A DNA stretch of 63,717 nt, filler included, from Phoronis australis (Eukaryota > Animalia > Phoronida): assembly GCA_002633005.1 (NCBI GenBank). It is 8 parts of 8 records of this genome, joined end to end, with 100 filler letters (N's around TTAATTAATTAA, not from the genome) between each part and the next. Parts side by side here need not be neighbours in the genome. Positions count along the whole stretch, not along the records: positions 1 to 28,946 come from NMRA01001189.1; 7 more parts are not named here. The stretch is one strand, 5' to 3'. The stretch's first letter is position 1, and each line of letters begins with the position of its first letter. This document shows positions 1 to 10,288 of the stretch, one piece after another. The notes below the pieces were generated by a model that did not search any database, had not been told where the DNA came from, and saw only the letters and a list, made by a program, of their open reading frames with translations. Both the position numbers and the translations under genes were made by a program.

Positions 1-713
1 GACAACAACATGTGTGTTCATCCAGAGATTTTTCTCTTGTTGTGGAGTACGATGTAGCGCACATTTGGACTTAATCGCAATTAATCTGGACTCCACATGA
101 ACTTTAAAAATTGTAAAACATCAGGAAGATTTCAGGTAATTTGTTGAGTCGAAACTATATTTTTATTCAAGAGTACAAGTTTTCCTATTGACGATGGCGA
201 TTCAGCGGCGACGCATCAGTCGGCAAGTTTTCGCCCTGTGATGAGCACAATTTTTTGAAAAATTATCGTAATTTAACAACGGAAGTTCATAGCAATGCAC
301 CACAATTTTGTAGAAAGACTGTCATAGGCTAAAAATTCGTCACAAAGCGTAAATTTTATGAATCCTAGCTTCCGATTTTACCCGTTTGGGAAACCGGCTT
401 TCAACTGCCGTACGCTACAATAAGAATCCCCTACCCGTGAAATGATTTTTTCTAAGCGTTTATACAAGTATACAGCTTTCCACCAAGGCTAGGTGATACT
501 ATGACATTATTCTTTGTTGCATTAGTAACTGGTCTAGGCTAATACTATCATTTTATGGCCTGGTCATCCATTCAGCCAAAAGTAGTTCCAGAGGTGGCTT
601 ATCAGCCAATTATTCACGCATGCTGACTCACAATAGAAGCCTGATAAGAGTGAAGGTGGATAAATGCGGTGTTCCTACAGTTTCTTGTTTTAGTGGATGT
701 GTTCACGACATGT
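1..713. repeat. Dispersed non-coding repeat; inverted copy of 20315-20560 plus 21394-21843
   Basis: The reverse complement aligns by eye with those segments at high identity (e.g. ctccacatgaactttaaaaattgtaaaaca; ttcagccaaaagtagttccagaggtggcttatcagcc). This copy lacks the MITE present in the other copy. Confidence 0.9.
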
Positions 714-1196
714 GATTTCCTCCCACGAACATAGAATGCTGTTTACCGCATCAACTGGTAGAGCACGAATTTCACCGATCTTGCCCGATTTTTGCCAAAC
801 ATTTCCAACTTCGGTCTCTACTTCCTATTGTAATTTAAAGCATGTTTCATGTGTGTTGATTGCTGTGGTGGCAAATGCACAATCAAAAGTAATTAATCTA
901 GGAAAACTTAAATTTTAAGTTTGGAAGTTTTCACAAACTATCAAACGTATATATACGGAATTATTGTTGGTCTTCGATACTCGCAGTGGCGACTTCGTAG
1001 TGACATTTCCCAAGTCACCAAACGCAATCTGATGTCGCAAATCGAGCGCTTCCTGGTCTGCATTCTAAACAATGTTTCTATTTGTTTACTTGAAGGATGG
1101 GTCATAATTTCCTTTTGGTTTTAACTGTTCACGCTGTAGTTTGTCACTCATTTCCTAGTGTTTATTAAATCACAATTTTTCCTCATTCCACTTTAG

Positions 1197-1624
1197 CACC
1201 AGCTGTGCCAGTCAGGAATATGTCTGCAGGTGAGGCTCAGTGCTTGGCAGGGGGCAAGTCAGCAGGTGATCCCACTGCTGAACAGAAAATCACAGACTTA
1301 ACCAAAGAGGTAGGCACAGCTAGGTCTCTACAGCTATGACTGCAGTGTTAAGAAAGTCCAACCATTCTTTTTATTGAGGAATGTCTGTTAAACTGTCAAG
1401 TCCAATGTCAAGAGAGTATGCTGTTCCCATTACTTATAAAATACATTTAATTTATTATAATTATTAACCCTATGTGCAAATGTGTACATCTAGCTAAATA
1501 TCTGCAAGAATTCATTAAGGGGATCAAGCTCGATGAAACAATTTATTTTCTGAAAGAAATCTTGTAAAATAGTCTTTTCACATTGTTTCAAGCATGGACA
1601 GTTGGAGTGCACACTGCCTATCAG
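1197..1624 (+). CDS. Two candidate coding exons (1197-1309 and 1593-1624) of an unidentified gene
   Basis: Boundaries ctttag|CACC...AAAGAG|gtaggc and tttcaag|CATG...ATCAG|gtaaag are phase-compatible and give an open frame, PAVPVRNMSAGEAQCLAGGKSAGDPTAEQKITDLTKE/HGQLECTLPI. No homology recognised. Confidence 0.3.
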
Positions 1625-1709
1625 GTAAAGCCCCAGGGTACAGCAAAAAAAACAGTGCTTTCCGCGTTATCTCGTGACTGCATTTCCAAGAAGGTAGCCG
1701 ATAAAGGAG

Positions 1710-1899
1710 AGTGAGTGAGCGTGCGTGTGCGGGTCATCGACGATAGACTTTTTTGATACAAAAGGCGGAGGATTATGCAAGAAAATGGCGTTTACTAGAT
1801 TGTTTTTCACTTAAACGGCTGTAACGTGCAAGGTGAGTGCTGGTTAACTCACAGATTTTGTGTGCACAGGCCGACTGTCGTTAGCTCTGCCGTGGAGTA
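1710..1899 (+). repeat. Direct copy of the repeat segment at ~21885-22072
   Basis: Both copies share gcgtgcgtgtgcgggtcatcgacg...gttagctct(g/a)ccgtggagta. Confidence 0.9.
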
Positions 1900-2099
1900 N
1901 CCCAGATAGTGTAAATAATCACCATTTTTTACATCTTGTACCTTTTAGTGTATTAATGTAGATGATCCAAGAAACAAATAACATGGTTCAATAATGGAAA
2001 TTGTTAATGGCATCACTAATTTGCAAAACAAAAGCAACCCGGAGCATTGAAATGTGCCCACCAATGCACCGCAAACAGTGTGCTTCCAGGGGTGTTTAA

Positions 2100-3440
2100 T
2101 TGGAACATAAAAATTACCACATGATGGCACAAAATACGTTGAATCCATTCGAAAACTGTTATGTGTCATGAAAGGTATTTATAAAATTTCTTAAAAATCC
2201 GTCAAGAACCTTTTAAGAAACACAGGAAAATGAAAACAATAAAATTGCCACTACCAGGCTATAGAAGAAAAAATATAACTGCCACTAAGAGGCGCCACAG
2301 TAAATGAAGTCGTCGGAAAATCATCGTCAGACTTCCTGTTTATTGTAGGAACATATACATGCAAATTTCCACAACCATACTAAGACTGGTTTGGTTGATA
2401 GAGGGCGGATGCCAAATAATAAGACTCAAAAACAGTAAAACTGGTAACTAGGTGGTGCAAAATATCCCGAATCAAACTGAAAACGGGAGGATAGCATCAA
2501 CTCAATAATAGTTTCTTATCTGCCAAATTTTGTGAGAATCCGTCGATGACCAATGAACACAGACTGAAGTAAATTTTTTTAAAAAAAAATTGCCACTAAG
2601 GGGCACAACAGTAGTCCGATCCATATAAAAGTTGTGTTTGTTGTCAAGCTCACATGAACACTGCAGAGGGTTCAGGATATACAACCATGGGCAAAAAAAT
2701 GCCACCAGCAGGCACCACAGTTGTAGATGTTATTGGAAAAGCTTCGTCAGCCCTCATCTTCACATTTGGAATGTACATGCCATTTCCCTTATCATCCTTA
2801 GGGTGGTTTGGTTGACAGAGAGAGGCAGATGCCAAAAGCACACTCAAAAACAGTAAAAATGGCCACTAGGTGTCACTCAATGCCTCGATCAAATTCAACC
2901 GCAAAACCGGAGGATGGCGTCAACCCATTATTAGAAGCCTGTCAAACTTGTTGAAAATCTGTTGACGACCTTTGAAGATGCAAAAGTATACGTAAAAAAC
3001 TAATACTGCCAAAACAGGGCATATCAGTAGTCCAACCTGTCCGAAAGTCATCGAGCTCTATAATTGCTAACTACGTCCAGCAAAATTCAATAAAGATCCA
3101 GTTGATCGTTTACGAGATACAGCCATGGGTGTAAAAAAATAAAACTGCCAGTAGGAGGCGCCACAGCAGTCAAAGTCATCGAAAAATCATTGTTAACTGC
3201 CCTCCTCACAGTAAGAACATATATGCCAATTTCCAAAATCATCCCTGGAGCAGTTTGGCTGACAGAGGATGCCAAAACACAGACTCAAAAACAGTAAAAA
3301 TGGCCACTAGGTTGCGCAAAGCATCTCAATCTTTCTGAAAATGGGAGGATGGCATCCTCTCACTTATAGATGCCTAAATGCCAAGTGAGGGTAAAAAACT
3401 AAAATTGCCACTAGGCAGCTCACCGGTAGTTAGAGAGGTC
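2100..3440 (+). repeat. Diverged tandem array with a ~430-bp higher-order unit and recurrent TGCCACTAG-GGC motifs; resembles the central repeats of Helentron/DINE-like non-autonomous elements
   Basis: Homologous blocks recur at 2279/2699/3145 and 2441/2860/3301 (e.g. actcaaaaacagtaaaa three times). The family assignment is inferred from caaatttt...aatcc-type motifs. Confidence 0.7.
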
Positions 3441-3449
3441 TGAAATTCG

Positions 3450-3797
3450 AACTTACTTTAAACACTTGATGGAACAGTGCTCAACCGCCTAAACCAAGAC
3501 CATCTCTAGTAGGCGGGCGGTGTTCGTATTCGTAATCCTATTCGTTCCGGTTGATGTCGTTTGTGGTCTGTCGTTGGACTCTTCTTGCATCCTCCCTCTT
3601 GGAGAGTCCTGAGGTTGTCTTTCTGTAAATTTGGACGTAGCAATATGAGTGGGTGTGTCCTCGCGAACACAGCAGACGGACTGCTAATCCTAGCTGAACC
3701 CGTTGCTGTCTTTCCAAGCTCAGTCTCTCCTGATGTACCTTGTCTTTCCAAGTGTCATCCATCCTATTCATGGAAGTCACGGCTTCGCCGATAACTA
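3450..3797 (-). mobile_element. Putative HERO 5' UTR/N-terminus fused to an internally deleted second copy of the 3' UTR
   Basis: 3450-3510 repeats 3798-3900 with a central deletion. The intervening DNA has an open low-complexity frame, IATSKFTERQPQDSPRGRMQEESNDRPQTTSTG. Its identity as the HERO 5' end is inferred. Confidence 0.5.
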
Positions 3798-3819
3798 GAA
3801 CTTACTTTAAACACTTGAT

Positions 3820-3893
3820 GGAACAGTGCTCAACCGCCATCTTCAGTTGGTCTCCTACTGTCCTTAATGGTTTCGTCCCTAAACCTAGACCAT
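3820..3893 (-). ncRNA. Candidate permuted (pseudoknotted) hammerhead ribozyme in the HERO 3' UTR
   Basis: Minus strand reads ATGGTC-TAGGTTT-A-GGGAC-GAAACCAT-taaggacagtagg-AGACCAA-CTGAAGA-TG. Stems III and I pair; stem II is weak. Confidence 0.55.
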
Positions 3894-4693
3894 CTCTAGT
3901 TGATCAGGCTCTGTCTGACGGTTGTTGGTGGTGTTGCTGTTGGTATTTAATCCAAATCCAACAAGATGCCTGTTCAGCTTCAGTGGCTGCGTCGCGTAGC
4001 AGAGCCTTCTTTCCCGACACGGAGACGCCAAGACACCTCGCCATGGTAATGACCGAACTGGCCGGAAAACCCCGGCAGCCGACCTCGACAGGAAAACTCC
4101 AACATCTCCAGCCGTTAACATGACAATCATTCCTAAGGTCTGCGTACTTCAAGTTCTTTCGCTCNCCGACCTCCACAGGAAAACTCCAACATCTCCAGCC
4201 GTTAACATGACAATCATTCCTAAGGTCTGCGTACTTCAAGTTCTTTCTCTCGTGTGCCTCTTCCACCCTACTCTCCCACGGGATAGTGGGCTCAATTAAG
4301 ATGACCTGGTGGGAACTGTCCGAGTATATAACCAAGTCAGGGCGCTGGGTCGTCTGGACAATGTGTTGAGGGAAGAATGACTGATGACCGGAAAGGTCTG
4401 CCCACACTCTCCAGTCGTTGGCTGTGTGCAGGATACCTTTCTGCGCAGGGGTCTTCCTTTTATTCGCCTCATCACCACTTCTTAAGAAATTGATGAATTC
4501 GACGCGGTGGCTTCTCGGCTTCGGTTTGCTCTTCACCTCGTCGACCAACACCCTTGCAAAAACTTTGAGTACCTGGTTGTGTCGGTAAGTGTACCTTCCT
4601 GATGCCAAGGACACACTGCAAGATGATAGGATGTGCTCTAACGTACATCTGCGTCCACACTGAATACAGCTCGTGTTGTCAGCAAGGCCCCAN

Positions 4694-4780
4694 CCACGTC
4701 AGTACACCCACGTCAGTACACCCATGTCAGTACACCCATGTCAGTACACCCATGTCAATACACCCCATGTCAGTACACCC
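4694..4780. repeat. 14-bp minisatellite (GTCAGTACACCCAY), about 6 copies
   Basis: Direct inspection; it lies between two overlapping HERO fragments next to an N-join. Confidence 0.9.
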
Positions 4781-7764
4781 AAGAGGATAGGATGTGCTCT
4801 AACGTACATCTGCGTCTACACTGAATACAGCTTGGGTTGTCAGCAAGGCCCCAAGTAGCAAGGTTGCTGGGAGTAGGCAGTACGTCGTAAACAGATCTAA
4901 TGAGGAATTTGGCTTTCAGAGGAGACAACTTCCACAAATCAGCCCACTTGACTTCCCTTTGTAAGACTTTGTCCCACTTGGTCCATGCTCCCTGTTGGCC
5001 CATCTGGACTGCTCGGGCGTACCTTTCTTCGTTCTCTGATGATCTTACCTCCCTGATTATTCTGTCTCTGCCCGGGTCTTTAGATCTTTCCCTTGCTGGC
5101 TTATCGGTCTTGTAGCCCAGCCCTTGCCTACCCTGGCAAACTGTTCCTACTAACTGCCTGTGCCTCAGTCGACTCTCTGCTTCACTGATCGCCAAGGTTG
5201 TGGACCACTTTCTTCCGGTGCGTGATTGGATACTGCATCCTCTGATGGCCTGGACAGATGTATTCCGCAGAGTGATGCTGGCTCGGACTTTGGTAACTTT
5301 GTATTCTTCTACAACAGATGAGACTGGCAGGACAAGTTTTGACGACGTCCGACGTTGCTGAATGACGCGGGTAGTCCAAGCCACCTTCGAATGAATCTCC
5401 TTGCTTCCCTTTCCATTTCTTCCACTAATATACTGACCTTGAGGAACAGCGTGTCAACGTGACGTCACCAGCTTTTACGCACACTTCCCCTTCGGTGCAA
5501 TCCTTTACTGTACAATTCAAAGCGGTTTCTGTAACGAAGTCACTTTCAGACATGTTTGTTGGAATTAACATTGCTTATTTCGCAATTTCCATGTTCAGGT
5601 CGTGGGGAACAAATGCCCTTTTTTAAACGGGTATTGTCGACAAGAAAAGTGATTTTCTACACGCTAGACCAACCTGTGCTCTGAATCGATCCTGGCGTGC
5701 GCTCAGTAGACGCTAGGACCTACGCTAGGACCTAGCTAAAGCCTAGTCAAAGTCACGTGTTCTCATTTAAAATGCACGGCAATGTGTCACGTAGTCTCGC
5801 GAAGTCTTGCTTTTTAGCGAGGTCCTAGTGTTACTGAACGGGAGGCTGAACTCCCCGCTGCCACAGTTTGAAGCCCTGATAACTTAGCTAAACACTACTG
5901 AATTACTGAATGTGGAGTTCAAGCGTATCTATATTTGGAAAGGTGGCTGGCTTTGATTTCAGGCTCTGAACGATGATTTGTAACAAAATCACAAGGATTT
6001 GTGCCCAAAAAACCAAAGATGTCACTTCAAGAGATAACAAATGATTTTTTCAGAGAATGATTAATTTTTTTGTTATTTACGAATGACCTGATATTTTGTT
6101 ATGCTCTCGTTTTCGAGAGTCCCTCGTTGCTGCAGGGATCCTAAACGACCGTTTATGTAGCAAATTCTCGAGACGACCGTGCTATCCTTAAAATATTTCC
6201 GGTTCACTTAACCCTTCCTTCACGTACCCCTCTAAAACGGGTACATGTACTTGCAAGTCACCAGGCAAATACATCATTTTGTCACTTTTCATAGTGAGTA
6301 CCCGTTTTGTTGAAAAAATATTTTCACAGCTGAAAAAAATAGCTCTTTTGTCATATTAAAATATATTTGGGCCCTTCACGTTCTCATATCATGTGTGCGT
6401 AGCACAAGGGTAAACATGAAAGCGATTTTAATTTGAAGAAATGCAGACACTTTATTCTGAGCTAAAAACGCAGTATAGAGTNTTGCACTCTAAGCAAATG
6501 CAAAATGTTTTCGGATATGACAGAAATATATTTTTCAAAATAGTTCTCCAAGAAAGCTGAGATATGTCTTTTTCAGCAAATCTACCTTCTTTCGTCCTCT
6601 TTTGAGGATTTGTAGTTCCCTTTTGAAGTTGTGTAAAAAAACAGCGTACAGTGACTTCTTTTTCATTATCAACCTGCAAAAAAATCTGTATTAGTCGAAA
6701 GTTCTAGTATGCAAGTCCACATTTCAAACCAAAAATGCAGTTGTACAGACATTGACGTCAAAATTTGTCAATTAAGGCAAAACCTCTAATTTGTCTGTCC
6801 AGACAAATTTTGGAGTGCATTTTTATACTACTGGGTATCTTTTATTGGTTAACAGAACAATGACGTACTGTATGCGCTCACGAATGCGGTATTGTCATTG
6901 TAAATAGTCTATACAAATTTCAGTAAGTGACCAACTTTTTATAAAGAATCTTTCCTAAATACTAAAATATTCTCGTTAAATGACATGCTAGATATAGATG
7001 GAGATTTTCTTACACACAATTATATATATTTTTCAAAAAGAAATACATAAAATTATTGTTTTGCAATACCTTTGTTTGGTCAATTCAGTAAAGTCTTAAA
7101 GCCATTCTGAAAAGTGTTATTCAACATGTCAATTAAAAAAAGTGAGCGCAACTGTTTTACAGTCTACTCCATAAAATTGAACATGAACATCTTTACAATG
7201 NCAGTAAAGTCTTAAAGCCATTCTGAAAAGTGTTATTCGACATGTCAATTAAAAAAATGAGCGCAACTGTTTTACAGTCTATTCCATAAAATTGAACATG
7301 AACATATTTCCAATGTATCAAAAGGAAATCAATTGAAGGATACTCCTCAGAGGAAGTTTAAAGATTTACGATTTAAATTGCCATTAGGCGGCACAGTGTT
7401 TCTCGGACTCATCTGAAAGTTGTCATTGTTGGTTCCCAACTTCATAAAAATACACTTGTTGAAATTAATAACAATCCTGCTGAGGGATTAGGAAATACAG
7501 GCATGGCCATAAAAAGGCATCTAGGAGGCACCACAGTAGTCGAGGTCGTGGGAAAATCATTATCAGAAGTGTTCTTCACATTAAAAACTTACTTTCTGTT
7601 CGCCAGCAGCAGCTTTTTCAACGGCTCCTTCACCTATGAAACAAAGTAGAGGACTCATGAATCAGCTTAGATATAATATTCGGTAAATAATTCAAAGAAA
7701 GGTAAAAATAGGTTTAACCAAACATGAGTTCCGTCTTGTTTTCTCTATTACCAATTTGAGACTT

Positions 7765-9659
7765 GTCAGGGCGCTGGGTCGTCTGGATAATGTGTTGAGG
7801 GAAGAATGACTGATGACCGGAAAGTCTGCCCACACTCTCCAGTCGTTGGCTATGTGCAGGATACCTTTCTGCACAGGGGTCTTCATTTTACTCGCCTCAT
7901 CACCACTTCCTACGAAATTGATGAATTCGACGCGGTGGCTTCTCGGCTTGGGTTTGCTCTTCACCTCGTCGACCAACACCCTTGCAAAAACTTTGATTAC
8001 CTGGTTATGTCGGTAAGTGTACCTTCCTGATGCCAAGGACACGCTGCAAGATGATAGGATGTGCTCTAACGTACATCTGCGTCCACACTGAATACAGCTC
8101 GTGTTGTCAGCAAGGCCCCAAGTAACAAGGTTGCTGGGAGTCGGCAGTACGTCGTAAACAGATCTAATGAGGAATTTGGCTTTCAGAGAAGACATCTTCC
8201 ACAAATCAGCCCACGTGACTACTTCCCTTTGTAAGACTTTGTCCCACTTGGTCCATGCTCCCTGTTGGGCCATCTGGACTGCTCGGGCGTACCTTTCTTC
8301 GTTCTCTGATGATCTTACCTCCCTGACTATTCTGTCTCTGCCCGGGTCTTTAGATCTTTCCCTTGCTGGCTTATCGGTCTTGTAGCCCAGCCCTTGCCTA
8401 CCCTGGCAAGCTGTTCCTACTAACTGTCTGTGCCTCAGCCGACTCTCTGCTTCACTGATCGCTAAAGTGGTGGACCACTTCCTTCCGGTGCGTGACTGGA
8501 TACTGCATCCCCTGATGGCCTGATCAGATGTATTCCGCAGAGTGATGCTGGCTCGGACTTTGGGAACTTTGTACTTTTCTACCACGGATGAGACTGGCAG
8601 GACAAGTTTTGACGACTTGCAGTATAGTCCGACGTTGCTGAATGACGCAGGTAATCCAAGCCACCTACGAATGAATCGGCTTGCTACCCTTTCCATTTCT
8701 TCAGCTGAGGATGACGTGACGTCATAGACAAGCAGTGGCCACATAAGCTTCGGGAGCAAGATGAACTGATAGCACCAAACCTTGAACCTTCCGGGTATGC
8801 CATCTTTGTCAATCTTCACAAGCCATACCTTGAGCTGGGCTTTCACGTCTTTAACTCGGGATGTGTCTCGTAGGCTGCTGTCATAGTACTTGCCCAGGCA
8901 CTTGACTGGTTGTTCACTGATTGTTGGAATTCTGCAACCTGCTATAGAAAACGACTGTCTCTTGAGCAACACTCCTTTCCTGATGATTAATGATATGGAC
9001 TTCTCTGCCTTGAATGACATACGTGCCCATTTAGTGAGCTCTTCTAGGCGACAGAGAATTGTCCTGGCTCCCACTGGTGACTCTGTCACTATCGTAATGT
9101 CATCAACAAAAACTCTGCAAGATGGCTGTCTGACTTCATCGAGCTTGGGACCTCTCCTCTCAGACTGGGCTCTCTTCAATAAGACGTTCATTGCCATAAT
9201 AAAAAGGATGACTGAAACTGTGCAGCCCGTCATGATTCCTTTCTCTAGGTGTTGGCACTTGGTAGTGAAGTTGCCGACTGTGAAACGCATCACGCAGGAG
9301 CTGTAGTAAGACTTCACTATACTCTTGACTTTCTCGGGAATGCGGTAGATATCCATGACACGATAAACTAAAACATGTGGAACAGAACCATACGCATTTG
9401 CCATATTGAGCCACACCATAGACAGGTTCTTCTTGATCTTTGCTCGTTGTGTGAGTTCACTAATTATGGAATTATGTTCCAGACATCCAGAAAAGCCTGG
9501 CACCCCGCCTTTCTGCGATGACGTGTCGATGAACTTATTCTTGATCATAAAGTCAGTCATTCTGCCAGATATAATGGCTAAGTAGATCTTTCCCTCTATG
9601 CTGAGCAGTGAAATGGGTCGAAACTGGCCAATCTGCTTCGAGTTTTCTTCCTTCGGGAC
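7765..9659 (-). mobile_element. HERO-clade non-LTR retrotransposon copy 2 (RT domain to start of endonuclease; ORF 7692-9560 open upstream to the N at 9660); probably inactive
   Basis: RT motifs FRPISLL, QKGGVPGFSGCLEH, VWLNMANAYGSVPH (catalytic D replaced by N), GIMTGCTVS and FVDD, plus a CCHC knuckle. It has a 1-bp deletion near 7823 and is truncated at 7765. Confidence 0.93.
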
Positions 9660-10140
9660 NCCTCAGAGGAAGTTTAAAGATTTACGATTTAAATTGCCAC
9701 TAGGCGGCAGAGTGTTTCTTGGACTCATCTGAAAGTAAGTTGTCATTGTTGGTTCCCAACTTCATATAAATACACTTGTTGAAATTAATAACAATCCTGC
9801 TGAGGGATTAGGAAATACAGGCATGGCCATAAAAAGGCATCTAGGAGGCACCACAGTAGTCGAGGTCGTGGGAAAATCATTATCAGAAGTGTTCTTCACA
9901 TTAAAAACTTACCTTCTGTTCGCCAGCAGCAGCTTTTTCAACGGCTACTTCACCTATGAAACAAAGTAGAGGGCTCATGAATCAGCTTAGATATAATATT
10001 CGGTAAATAATGCAAAGAAAGGTAAAAATAGGTTTAACCAAACATGAGTTCCGTCTTGTTTTTCTCTATTACCAAATTGAGACTTGTTGCAGTGATGAGT
10101 TTGCATTTTACCATGACAAGTATTACTCTCCTTCGTATAC

Positions 10141-10288
10141 TTTGGAAATTGTAAGCAGGGGCAGATCCATAATACTGAGTTACATGTGGCTGGGCACAGT
10201 ATTAGTCAGCAGTTTGGAAATTGTAAGCAGGGGCAGATCCATAATATTGAGTTACATGTGGCTGGGCACAGTATTAGTCAGCAGTTTG
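10141..10288. repeat. 72-bp minisatellite, 2 copies, cut by an N-join
   Basis: Same unit as 14957-15246. Confidence 0.85.

Larger units (their letters stand above)
3798..5423 (-). mobile_element. HERO-clade non-LTR retrotransposon, 5'-truncated copy (post-RT region, CCHC knuckle, restriction-like endonuclease, 3' UTR)
   Basis: Motifs CxxC..TLEHILSSC..GRYTYRHNQVL, RPDLVIYS..IEPTIPWE, ERKNLKY and PVEVGCRGF; stop at 3904-3906. Interrupted by N-joins at 4166 and 4693. Confidence 0.92.

Noticed and set aside
4085-4250. Internal duplication in the HERO endonuclease (ERKNLKY...PVEV twice)
   Set aside because: The duplication is centred on the single N at 4166 and is an overlap artefact.
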